Shown in pieces: positions 43,688 through 51,252 of a stretch of DNA of 64,000 nt (position 1 is its first letter; every line of letters begins with the position of its first letter). The position numbers and the translations under genes are program-made. The stretch comes from Escherichia coli (GTDB taxonomy: Bacteria > Pseudomonadota > Gammaproteobacteria > Enterobacterales > Enterobacteriaceae): the NCBI RefSeq assembly GCF_024223415.1, contig NZ_CP100500.1; one strand, 5' to 3'. The notes below the pieces were generated by a model that saw only the letters and a program-made list of their open reading frames with translations, was not told the DNA's origin and searched no databases.

Positions 43688-44386
43688 ATGCTGACAGCAA
43701 TCAACAACGAAAAAATTGTCATCGCAAGGGACGCGCAGAAACCGGGAATTTTCGCCTGCCCGGAATGTGGTGAAGTTGTCACCCTGCGGAAAGGTTCGGT
43801 GAAAGTTCACCATTTCGCCCATCGCAGCACCACATCCTGCGGTTACGGGAAAGGCGAATCTGAGTTGCACATGGATTTGAAAATGCAGGTCTATGACGCG
43901 TTGAACGCGCATCGTGAGGTGGAATATGTTGCGATGGAGGTCGCAGTCGGTGATGTTCGTCCCGATGTGCTGGCGATTATTCGGGGTCAGAAGGTTGCTT
44001 TTGAGATTCAGGTTAGTTCGCTGAGTATTGAAGACCTCTATCGCCGCACGGTTGCGTACGCAGCTCAGGACATTGCGATGATCTGGATCCTGCACTGGCC
44101 TGAAGGTACTGCACTGGACCGGCTTTATCACCCTGCATCATGGGAGCGATGGTTACATACTTGCGGAATGGCAACTCTGTACTTCTGGGCGGGCGATGGC
44201 TGGGTCAGGCCAGTGCGTCTGGGAAACCGACAACATGGATTACAAAGAGCACCTCGTGCCCATCTGGTTGATGATTTCGAACCAAAGCGAACAGGCGGGT
44301 GGATTAAAGGTGATTTTCTGATACCTGCTCGCTTTATCTGGAATCGTGTGCGACGGCAAAAACGTAGAGGTCAGAGCTATGCGTAA
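43688..44386 (+). CDS. CoiA-like PD-(D/E)XK nuclease family protein
   Basis: ATG at 43688 after AGGGGG. CPECG...HFAH...C, then GESELH...E...RPDV...FEIQVS...W pattern as in the competence protein CoiA family. Confidence 0.6.
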   Translation: MLTAINNEKIVIARDAQKPGIFACPECGEVVTLRKGSVKVHHFAHRSTTSCGYGKGESELHMDLKMQVYDALNAHREVEYVAMEVAVGDVRPDVLAIIRGQKVAFEIQVSSLSIEDLYRRTVAYAAQDIAMIWILHWPEGTALDRLYHPASWERWLHTCGMATLYFWAGDGWVRPVRLGNRQHGLQRAPRAHLVDDFEPKRTGGWIKGDFLIPARFIWNRVRRQKRRGQSYA

Positions 44387-44813
44387 TATTCAACAGGTTT
44401 TAGAGCGCTGGGGTGGCTGGGCTGCCAATAGCAACACCACAGTGAGCTGGGCTCCAATAGCGGCGGGATTTAAAGGGCTGGTAGTCAGCAGCCTGCCTGG
44501 CAGGCTGAGTTGCTGCGACGACGATGGCCTGATTATCGATGCTTGCGTCTGTCGGCTGCAGCAGGTCCGTAAGCCTGAGGAACTGGACGTCATTATGCTG
44601 TACTACGTCTACGGGTTAAGCAAACGTGAGATAGGACGGCGGCGTCGATGTTCTGAAGGATTTATCCGCCAGCAGTTGCAGGTAGCTGAGGGATTCATTG
44701 AGGGGTGTCTCTGCATGCTGGGTGTGAGCCTTCAGATGGATCCTGAGGTCGAAATTCAAAGGGATGAAAAAAGTATTAGTGCGCTACGCAAAAACTGCGC
44801 TACGCTGGTATGA
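44379..44813 (+). CDS. Q: late-gene antiterminator Q
   Basis: MRNIQQVLERWGGWAANS...AAGFKGL...CCDDDGLIID matches the recalled Q family of 21/933W-type lambdoid phages. Confidence 0.85.
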   Translation: MRNIQQVLERWGGWAANSNTTVSWAPIAAGFKGLVVSSLPGRLSCCDDDGLIIDACVCRLQQVRKPEELDVIMLYYVYGLSKREIGRRRRCSEGFIRQQLQVAEGFIEGCLCMLGVSLQMDPEVEIQRDEKSISALRKNCATLV

Positions 44814-44839
44814 GTTGAATTTCTGACCTCAACGAAGAG

Positions 44840-44862
44840 CTCCAAATTATTGGGGGTTTTTT
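44840..44862 (+). terminator. hairpin plus T6 just downstream of Q
   Basis: ctccaa/ttgggg stem with a 4-nt loop, followed by tttttt. Confidence 0.5.
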
Positions 44863-44940
44863 GTACGCACAACAGGTAATAGTATTGAACCCGCAGACCT
44901 CGCGGAACTGGTGAAAGGTGCCGCGCAGTGCTCTTATCGT

Positions 44941-45067
44941 TGTGGTGAAGCTCAATGGCGAGCTAGCAGATAGGCGACAGTGAAAATACTAGTCATGTAT
45001 CTGACCGCCGCGCGTACTGCAATCGGCAGCGCACCGATGGAAGCCGGTTCGATTCCGGCCGCCACAA
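44941..45067 (+). ncRNA. non-canonical tRNA-like element (127 nt)
   Basis: Perfect T-arm gccgg-TTCGATT-ccggc. The 3' acceptor cgccaca pairs with tgtggtg at 44941. D-arm gctc-aatggc-gagc. Arm atcgg-cagcgca-ccgat. An extra ~57 nt sits between the D-arm and that arm. Confidence 0.3.
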
Positions 45068-45187
45068 CCCAAACTGAGCCGTAGCCACTGGCTGTCCTGA
45101 ACTCCTCAGTGATAGTTACGCTGCGGCCTTCTTTTTCCCCTTCCTAATACAAGAACTACGCAATCCGTTACTGGCGGAGGCGTTGCT

Positions 45188-45403
45188 ATGAAATCAATGG
45201 ACAAAATCTCAACTGGCATTGCCTACGGAACATCCGCTGGTAGTGCGGGATACTGGTTTTTACAGTGGTTGGATCAGGTCAGTCCGTCACAGTGGGCTGC
45301 TATTGGTGTGCTGGGGAGTCTGGCACTGGGCTTTCTGACTTATCTGACGAATCTGTACTTCAAGATAAAAGAGGACCGTCGCAAGGCGGCGCGGGGAGAG
45401 TAA
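45188..45403 (+). CDS. S: class II pinholin (phage 21 S-type), dual-start motif
   Basis: [45 protein letters not shown]... matches recalled S21 (Met1/Met4 starts, two TM segments). Confidence 0.9.
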   Translation: MKSMDKISTGIAYGTSAGSAGYWFLQWLDQVSPSQWAAIGVLGSLALGFLTYLTNLYFKIKEDRRKAARGE

Positions 45404-45407
45404 TTCA

Positions 45408-46343
45408 ATGGAACATAATAATGAAAAATCCAGAGAGCACTCTGGAAACAGCAAACATTATTCCATTGCTCATTCATTCGGCGGCTTTCGTGATGTAGTC
45501 GGACAGGGTGCTGAGAGAGAACAGGAGAGTAATACAATGACTCAAAACCATGAACTGGTTGTTAAAGGAACCCGAAATTTTGAGAATAAAATTGCGGTGA
45601 TTTTAACCCTGCGTGACAAAAAGCGTTTTGCCTGTGAGATATTTGACTTACACATCAACCTTGAACGACAGGAAGGCGCCACTCTGGAGTTTTATGAGTC
45701 AGAGGCAATAAAACGGGCAAAGACATTGTTCCGGGATGTTGCTGCAGGGTTATGTGAAGGGGACGAGCTGTCGCCGGAAAAGCGCCCCATAATTTTACAG
45801 GCGCACAATGTGTGGATAACCTACAAAGGAAAGCTACCGGGAAGAATTACTGGTTCTCTGAAGATGCCGCCGTCAACACTGCGGTCAGAAAAAGAGGCGT
45901 CTTGTCTGCAGTCTGAGTACTCCATTACGGTTAAAAGTGCCGGAGAGGAAGGAAATAAACGTTATTTTATTGCGTCTGCACCTGATAAAGATCAGGAATG
46001 GGAGTGTAACCGGCCATCCTTTGTTGTATACGGAGATGGCGGGAAAATAACCATCTCAGAAAATGGGAAATTAACACCGCCATCGCACCAGCATAGTGAG
46101 GCGCTCATTGAATTTGCCATTGATTACCTGAAGAACAATAAAAAGCAGGGGCTGATGAAGCGCATTGGTCGTTGCATGGGATATCTGCAGGTAGCAGCTG
46201 AGATTGAAATGATGGCCAGTGGTGCTGACAATGATGCAGTTGTGCTGGAGGCTCTTCTGCGTGATTTTGATAATACGCCCTTTAAGAAAGCACCTGTTGA
46301 CTGGATGCAGCCGGGGATGACTTATCTGAAAGGGCGTATATAA
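45408..46343 (+). CDS. hypothetical protein inserted in the lysis cassette
   Basis: ORF of 311 aa. An alternative ATG at 45537 with an AGGAGA RBS gives 268 aa. No recognisable motif. Confidence 0.6.
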   Translation: MEHNNEKSREHSGNSKHYSIAHSFGGFRDVVGQGAEREQESNTMTQNHELVVKGTRNFENKIAVILTLRDKKRFACEIFDLHINLERQEGATLEFYESEAIKRAKTLFRDVAAGLCEGDELSPEKRPIILQAHNVWITYKGKLPGRITGSLKMPPSTLRSEKEASCLQSEYSITVKSAGEEGNKRYFIASAPDKDQEWECNRPSFVVYGDGGKITISENGKLTPPSHQHSEALIEFAIDYLKNNKKQGLMKRIGRCMGYLQVAAEIEMMASGADNDAVVLEALLRDFDNTPFKKAPVDWMQPGMTYLKGRI

Positions 46344-46352
46344 GGTGGCTCG

Positions 46353-46667
46353 TTATCTGTTGCTGGATAATCGACTGAAGATGCGTTCTTTTTGTGTTTT
46401 TGCGTAATGATTGTCCCACTCACAATCAAGGTAGCTTAATTCTTCATTCAACCAGTTATTTATATTGGTCTTAATACGCATAAGCATGGGCTGTGTTAAT
46501 GCTCTGGCGATAATGCCGAGAGTCACAGGTGTGAGATGTCCATACGGCTCAGCCTGAATGGATTTTACTGCATCGTGTTCTTGTGGGAGGAGTAAGAGGC
46601 ACTCTGATTTTACCCGCTCATTTATGGCTTGCAGGCATAAATCATAATTATGTTGATCGTTATGCAT
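46353..46667 (-). CDS. hypothetical 104-aa protein (possibly YdfR/DUF826-like)
   Basis: Convergent with the preceding gene and antisense to late transcription. Its position between holin and lysozyme recalls ydfR in the Qin prophage. Weak recall only. Confidence 0.5.
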   Translation of the reverse strand: MHNDQHNYDLCLQAINERVKSECLLLLPQEHDAVKSIQAEPYGHLTPVTLGIIARALTQPMLMRIKTNINNWLNEELSYLDCEWDNHYAKTQKERIFSRLSSNR

Positions 46668-46795
46668 GGTTAATCCTCTACTGAAATTGTCAGATATATT
46701 TCAGCCATCAGGAAAAACGCCAGTGTCCTACCGCTGGCGGGCTGAAGATTTAACATATCCAGGGATTCGGAACCGATAAATCCTGATAAATATCC

Positions 46796-47329
46796 ATGAA
46801 CACCAAAATCAAATATGGCCTGTCGGCTGCCGTTCTGGCACTGATTGCCGTCGGTGCGCCTGCGCCTGATATTCTCGACCAGTTTCTGGATGAAAAAGAA
46901 GGTAACCACACAACGGCATACCGCGATGGTTCCGGTATATGGACCATCTGTCGTGGTGCCACAATGGTGGATGGTAAGCCCGTCATACCGGGAATGAAGC
47001 TGTCGAAGGAAAAATGCGTTCAGGTTAATGCCATTGAGCGTGATAGGGCGCTGGCATGGGTGGAGCGCAATATTAAAGTACCTCTGACCGAAGCACAGAA
47101 AGCGGGTATTGCGTCATTCTGTCCCTATAACATTGGCCCCGGTAAGTGTTTCCCGTCGACGTTTTATAAGCGGCTTAATGCCGGTGATCGTAAAGGTGCC
47201 TGTGAGTCGATTCGCTGGTGGATTAAGGACGGTGGGCGTGATTGCCGCACACGTTCAAATAACTGCTACGGACAGGTTATTCGTCGTGACCAGGAAGCAG
47301 CACTTGTGTGCTGGGATATCGACAGATGA
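46796..47329 (+). CDS. R: SAR endolysin (T4-lysozyme-type, phage 21 R-like)
   Basis: N-terminal signal-anchor-release segment GLSAAVLALIAVGA followed by the E-x8-D-x5-T catalytic triad (EGNHTTAYRDGSGIWT). Confidence 0.9.
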   Translation: MNTKIKYGLSAAVLALIAVGAPAPDILDQFLDEKEGNHTTAYRDGSGIWTICRGATMVDGKPVIPGMKLSKEKCVQVNAIERDRALAWVERNIKVPLTEAQKAGIASFCPYNIGPGKCFPSTFYKRLNAGDRKGACESIRWWIKDGGRDCRTRSNNCYGQVIRRDQEAALVCWDIDR

Positions 47330-47334
47330 GCAGA
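47262..47334. repeat. R 3' end / Rz start segment, copy 1
   Basis: About 70 bp that recur, diverged, at 47819-47889. Confidence 0.8.
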
Positions 47335-47421
47335 ATATTTTGCTGAAAAATGACGTTGGCCAACGCGGACGGATAACACGATATTCGACATAAATGAATT
47401 TAAATAGTGAATAAAAGCAGA

Positions 47422-47456
47422 AACCCCGATTGTTGGTCGCAATCGGGGTTTTGTGT
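47422..47456. terminator. strong hairpin terminator inside the R-Rz insertion
   Basis: aaccccgattg/caatcggggtt stem followed by a T-rich tail. Confidence 0.65.
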
Positions 47457-47514
47457 TTCTGGCAGTAAGTTATGGGAGGCTGCCTTGATTAATTTTAGCG
47501 GAGGAGACTGGATT

Positions 47515-47652
47515 GTGGAAGCTCTGAAATTGCTCGAAAGAAGTCCGGTTCTGAGAAGAATGTTTTATATAGCTCTTATAGTTATCGGAGCATTCGCCGT
47601 TGCGAAATCACTTCCGGGAATAGCTGAAATCATAAAGGCGCTGAATGCATAA
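47515..47652 (+). CDS. 45-aa single-TM protein
   Basis: GTG after GGAGGAG. VEALKLLERSPVLRRMFYIALIVIGAFAVAKSLPGIAEIIKALNA. Part of track ORF 47407..47652. Confidence 0.45.
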   Translation: MEALKLLERSPVLRRMFYIALIVIGAFAVAKSLPGIAEIIKALNA

Positions 47653-47818
47653 AGAATACCTGGCTGAGGCTGACAAACAGGTCTCTGAATTGAAAGCTCC
47701 GGTAACCGATGACATCAGCGGAGCGGTGGCTTTTGCCATTAAGTGGGTGGCAGTCGGCGTTGCTATATCACCGGTACTGTATGGGCTGGCAAAGCTGGTT
47801 ATTGCGTTGAAATCATAA
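47645..47818 (+). CDS. 57-aa single-TM protein
   Basis: Not in the ORF track. Its ATG overlaps the upstream stop (ATGCATAA). MHKEYLAEADKQVSELKAPVTDDISGAVAFAIKWVAVGVAISPVLYGLAKLVIALKS. Confidence 0.45.
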   Translation: MHKEYLAEADKQVSELKAPVTDDISGAVAFAIKWVAVGVAISPVLYGLAKLVIALKS

Positions 47819-47889
47819 CTGTTACGGCCAGGTTATTCGTCGTGACCAGGAAAGTGCATTAGCCTGTTGGGGGATAGATCAGTGAGCAG
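47819..47889. repeat. relic R 3' end fused to the intact Rz start, copy 2
   Basis: ctgttacggccaggttattcgtcgtgaccaggaa... parallels 47262-47334. Confidence 0.8.
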
Positions 47890-48349
47890 AGTCGCCGCGA
47901 TTATTTATGCTCTGGTTATCTGCATCATCGTCTGCCTGTCGTGGGCGGTCAATCATTACCGTGATAACGCCATCGCCTACAAAGAACAGCGTGATAAAAA
48001 AGTCAGTGAGCTGAAGCAGGCGACCGCCACCATTACTGACATGCAGCAACGCCAGCGTGCTGCTGATGTACTCGATGCTAAATACACGAAGGAGTTGGCT
48101 GATGCGAAAGCTGAAAATGATGCTCTTCGGCGCAAGCTTGATAATGGTGGTCGGGTGCTCGTCAAAGGAAAATGCTCTGTGCCATCCTCAGCCGAAACCT
48201 CCAGCGCCTCCGGCATGGGCAATGATGCCACCGTCGAACTCTCTCCAGTTGCTGGACGAAACGTTCTCGGTATCCGGGACGGAATCATCAGAGACCAGAC
48301 AGCACTGAGAACGCTTCAGGAATATATCAGGACGCAATGCCTTCGATGA
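47882..48349 (+). CDS. Rz: i-spanin Rz
   Basis: GTG at 47882. [39 protein letters not shown]... closely matches recalled lambda Rz. Confidence 0.9.
   Translation: MSRVAAIIYALVICIIVCLSWAVNHYRDNAIAYKEQRDKKVSELKQATATITDMQQRQRAADVLDAKYTKELADAKAENDALRRKLDNGGRVLVKGKCSVPSSAETSSASGMGNDATVELSPVAGRNVLGIRDGIIRDQTALRTLQEYIRTQCLR
48102..48308 (+). CDS. Rz1: o-spanin Rz1 (embedded, +1 frame)
   Basis: [19 protein letters not shown] lipobox followed by a proline-rich region, nested in Rz. Confidence 0.85.
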   Translation: MRKLKMMLFGASLIMVVGCSSKENALCHPQPKPPAPPAWAMMPPSNSLQLLDETFSVSGTESSETRQH

Positions 48350-48523
48350 TAGCGATAATTTTACTGATCATCCTTCACATCTGGCTCTGTAGACAGGGTG
48401 GTGATCACTTCTGGAGTGAATCCAGATTAAACATCTCATTGCTGATGCTTGAAGTTGAGCATCTGGCGCGCGGTAAGGGGCTGCGTTGAAATAAGAGCCA
48501 GTCATTAAAAATACCTGGATTTA

Positions 48524-48546
48524 GCCTCGCATTCGCGGGGCTTTTT
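48524..48546 (+). terminator. terminator downstream of Rz
   Basis: gcctcgc/gcggggc stem followed by ttttt. Confidence 0.55.
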
Positions 48547-48550
48547 ATTG

Positions 48551-48852
48551 CCATTACAAAAGCCACTCCCTACAGAGTGGCTTTGATAATGGCTTATACC
48601 CTACACGGGATAACTTAACTGATATCCCTTTTAACGGATAAAGGTATTCAAGCCTGACACATCATGCGCTGTATCGTCGCCGTATTCCCGTATTAACAGA
48701 GACCGTAGCCCGACGGGGAACTCCTTCTGCGAGAGTGTGCGGGAATAATCAAAAACGATGCACACCGGGTTTTTACCGCGCTAATGATTCGCGGGTTTGT
48801 CCCTCATGCTCGCCAGTCCTGTGCGAGGGTGGAAGAAACAGGGCATGTATTC
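48551..48852. repeat. ~300-bp direct repeat, copy 1
   Basis: 48551-48775 matches 50338-50561 with about six mismatches by eye. Weaker similarity continues to 48852 / 50638. The repeat begins with the hairpin agccactc/gagtggct. Confidence 0.95.
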
Positions 48853-48899
48853 AGGAGCGTGCGACCGTGGTCGCACGGTATCTTTGTCAGGAGGTTTTG

Positions 48900-49760
48900 A
48901 TGAAAGAGTTGCAAAAAATTAATTCAATAATGGAAAGGTTAAGTGCTCTTGAGCGTAAGCTGGACGATTGTGGAAAGCTGTGTGTTGAAAAGCAAAATGA
49001 GCTTTACCGGGAATTTTTTACAATCGTAAGTGAGCTGATGCCAATTGTTAATAACTGCCTGATGACATCCAGATTTTTTAATGTCGATGCTACTACATCC
49101 AGAAAATTTTCTGTGAAAATTCAAGAAAGAGTTTCTGGTAGTGTGACAAGAGAGATGGCTGAACAGTTGGTGGCAATGAGCAATAAAACAAAAAGAAAAA
49201 AGGCATTGCTTGTAACAGCAAATCAGCTTTCAGGGCGCGTTGACTTTCAGGTCAGACAGGGTGGGCGTGTACTGGTAAATGATGCGTTCGTTGGACGTAG
49301 CTTTAGTCCTTACTCGATAAAATATGATGTTGATGCAGATGATCAGGATATCAGCATTTCCTGGAAATCTGAGACAGCAGGGATTGTATTAACAGCAGAG
49401 TTGTTGAGTGATGATAAAAATGATGTCCAGCATCATTTGGACGAAAAGAATCATATTTCTGAAATTTGTATGAAGCCACGCAGCGGAATGACTTTATTGT
49501 CACGCACTCTTGCTGCTGGCTTTTCTGCACCGGAAAAACGTGTGCTTCTGGTAGTGCCTGAAGATGCAGATATTCGACCACTGAATGGCTGTGATGTTAT
49601 TAGTGCAAAAACATTGCATACCCGCGTCATTCCTGTACCGGATGTGGTCATTATTGATGATGTTGAGAAATGCAAGTCTGTTTCCTCAACTGCCACAATC
49701 AAGCGAATTTTACGTTGTAGCACGTCGGCTGTTGTATTCCGGAAGCAGTTACATAACTAA
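48900..49760 (+). CDS. hypothetical 286-aa protein (N-terminal coiled coil; C-terminal degenerate P-loop-like region)
   Basis: ATG at 48900 after AGGAGG. AT-rich. PRSGMTLLSRTLA...RVLLVVPEDAD...DVVIIDDVEK resembles Walker A (Lys replaced by Met) and Walker B spacing. Inference only. Confidence 0.6.
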   Translation: MKELQKINSIMERLSALERKLDDCGKLCVEKQNELYREFFTIVSELMPIVNNCLMTSRFFNVDATTSRKFSVKIQERVSGSVTREMAEQLVAMSNKTKRKKALLVTANQLSGRVDFQVRQGGRVLVNDAFVGRSFSPYSIKYDVDADDQDISISWKSETAGIVLTAELLSDDKNDVQHHLDEKNHISEICMKPRSGMTLLSRTLAAGFSAPEKRVLLVVPEDADIRPLNGCDVISAKTLHTRVIPVPDVVIIDDVEKCKSVSSTATIKRILRCSTSAVVFRKQLHN

Positions 49761-49886
49761 CCAGTTTTGTTTTGCAGAACATCCTCAACTAAAAGCTTAT
49801 AGAAAGAGAGCCTGAGATATTTTTTCTGTCTCTCGTAGTTGTTTGTTTTTTTTTTCGAACAGGCTTACAACTTACAGGATATAAAC

Positions 49887-50336
49887 ATGCAAGAAGAAGC
49901 AAATAAAATTCTTGTTGATTTATTGAAGAAGGCCAGCGATGGAATTGATTCCGCCATTGCATTCAGTCAGGCTCAGATTCCGGATGTTGTTCATCAGTTG
50001 CTGGTATGGAATATGGTTGATAGCCTGATTAAAACATTAATAGCCATTTCAACAATCCCTCTGGTTTTCTGGTTTATGAAGAAGCAGTGCCAAAGAGTTG
50101 AGACAGGTAAAATCGGTGATGAAGGATATTCATGGGAGAAGGGAAATCCCAAATACAGGCCGACAATGGTTTGGGATAGCAAAGGTGATATTAATCTTCT
50201 TATCGTGCCATTGGTTGGAGTTTTGACTATGTGGGGGATTTTTATTATTTGTGCAGTAACCAATATGACATGGTTAAAAATCTGGCTGGCACCTAAGTTA
50301 TATCTAATCGAATACGCAGCATCACTAATTAAATAG
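49887..50336 (+). CDS. hypothetical 149-aa membrane protein (two predicted TM segments)
   Basis: ATG at 49887. TM segments LIKTLIAISTIPLVFWFM and LLIVPLVGVLTMWGIFIICAV. Confidence 0.55.
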   Translation: MQEEANKILVDLLKKASDGIDSAIAFSQAQIPDVVHQLLVWNMVDSLIKTLIAISTIPLVFWFMKKQCQRVETGKIGDEGYSWEKGNPKYRPTMVWDSKGDINLLIVPLVGVLTMWGIFIICAVTNMTWLKIWLAPKLYLIEYAASLIK

Positions 50337-50337
50337 T

Positions 50338-50638
50338 CCATTACAAAAGCCATTCGCTACAGAGTGGCTTTGATAATGGTTTATACCCTGTACGGGATAA
50401 CTTAACTGATATCCCTTTTAACGGATAAAGGTATTCAAGCCTGACACATCATGCGCTGTATCGTCGCCGTATTCCCGTATTAACAGAGACCGTAGCCCGA
50501 CGGGGAACTCCTTCTGCGCGAGTGTGCGGGAATAATCAAAAACGATGCACACCGGGTTTTACTGTGCTGACAGACGCAGGGTTACTCTCATAGTCGCTTT
50601 TCCGGTGCGATGGTGGAAGAAACCGGGATGTTTATTCA
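50338..50638. repeat. ~300-bp direct repeat, copy 2
   Basis: See copy 1. This copy ends at the stop codon of the ylcI-like gene. Confidence 0.95.
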
Positions 50639-50826
50639 TCATCTATTTGGATTGATGTATATGCTCTCTTTTCTGACGTTAGTCTCCGACGGCAGGCTTC
50701 AATGACCCAGGCTGAGAAATTCCCGGACCCTTTTTGCTCAAGAGCGATGTTAATTTGTTCAATCATTTGGTTAGGAAAGCGGATGTTGCGGGTTGTTGTT
50801 CTGCGGGTTTTGTTCTTCGTTGACAT
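50632..50826 (-). CDS. YlcI/YnfO-family (DUF3950) small RHH-like protein
   Basis: MSTKNKTRRTTTRNIRFPNQMIEQINIALEQKGSGNFSAWVIEACRRRL matches recalled DLP12 YlcI, which also sits just upstream of a Nu1 homolog. Confidence 0.7.
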   Translation of the reverse strand: MSTKNKTRRTTTRNIRFPNQMIEQINIALEQKGSGNFSAWVIEACRRRLTSEKRAYTSIQIDDE

Positions 50827-51024
50827 GAGGTTGCCCCGTATTCAGTGTCGCTGATTTGTATTGTCTGAAGTTGTTTTTACGTTAAGTTGATGCAGATCAA
50901 TTAATACGATACCTGCGTCATAATTTATTATTTGACGTGGTTTGATGGCGTAGATGCACGTTGTGACATGTAGATGATAATTATTATCATTTTGCGGGTC
51001 CTTTCCGGCATGTGGACCGTTACG

Positions 51025-51036
51025 GGGCGTCGACCT
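51025..51036. other. cos: cosN cohesive-end sequence GGGCGTCGACCT
   Basis: The flanks (cgttaagttgatgcagatcaattaatacgatacctgcgtcataat...gggtcctttccgg...ttacg | ...cgcggtttttcgctatttatga) match the recalled lambda right and left ends. One G-to-T change relative to lambda GGGCGGCGACCT. Confidence 0.85.
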
Positions 51037-51074
51037 CGCGGTTTTTCGCTATTTATGAGATTTTTTGAGGGGGT

Positions 51075-51220
51075 GGTTGTTGTTTAATTGTTTGGTATAT
51101 CTAATTGATAAGTAAGGTGAAAATAAAATAAATACAACAACCTTACGATGTGCTTTGATGTCATTAATGTGAAAAAATTAAATGATATCAAATGGTTTTG
51201 TAAAAACACATGGTTGTTGT
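51075..51220. promoter_or_regulatory. candidate cosB: three GGTTGTTGT sites
   Basis: GGTTGTTGT at 51075-51083 and 51212-51220. Inverted ACAACAACC at 51134-51142. AT-rich between them. Confidence 0.5.
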
Positions 51221-51252
51221 ATCGCTTTTTATCGATGACTTATGGAGAGGAG

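Noticed and set aside
44991-45067. A canonical 76-nt tRNA ending at the good T-arm and acceptor.
   Set aside because: No 5' acceptor strand or D-arm exists at the expected distance. The anticodon-like loop CAGCGCA lacks U33 and a purine at position 37. Only a 127-nt non-canonical fold closes the acceptor stem, so it is reported as tRNA-like, not as a tRNA.
48660-48700. A 10-codon mini-ORF (MRCIVAVFPY) inside each copy of the ~300-bp repeat, considered as a possible leader peptide.
   Set aside because: No Shine-Dalgarno sequence and no obvious attenuator logic. Conservation between the copies is explained by the DNA repeat itself.
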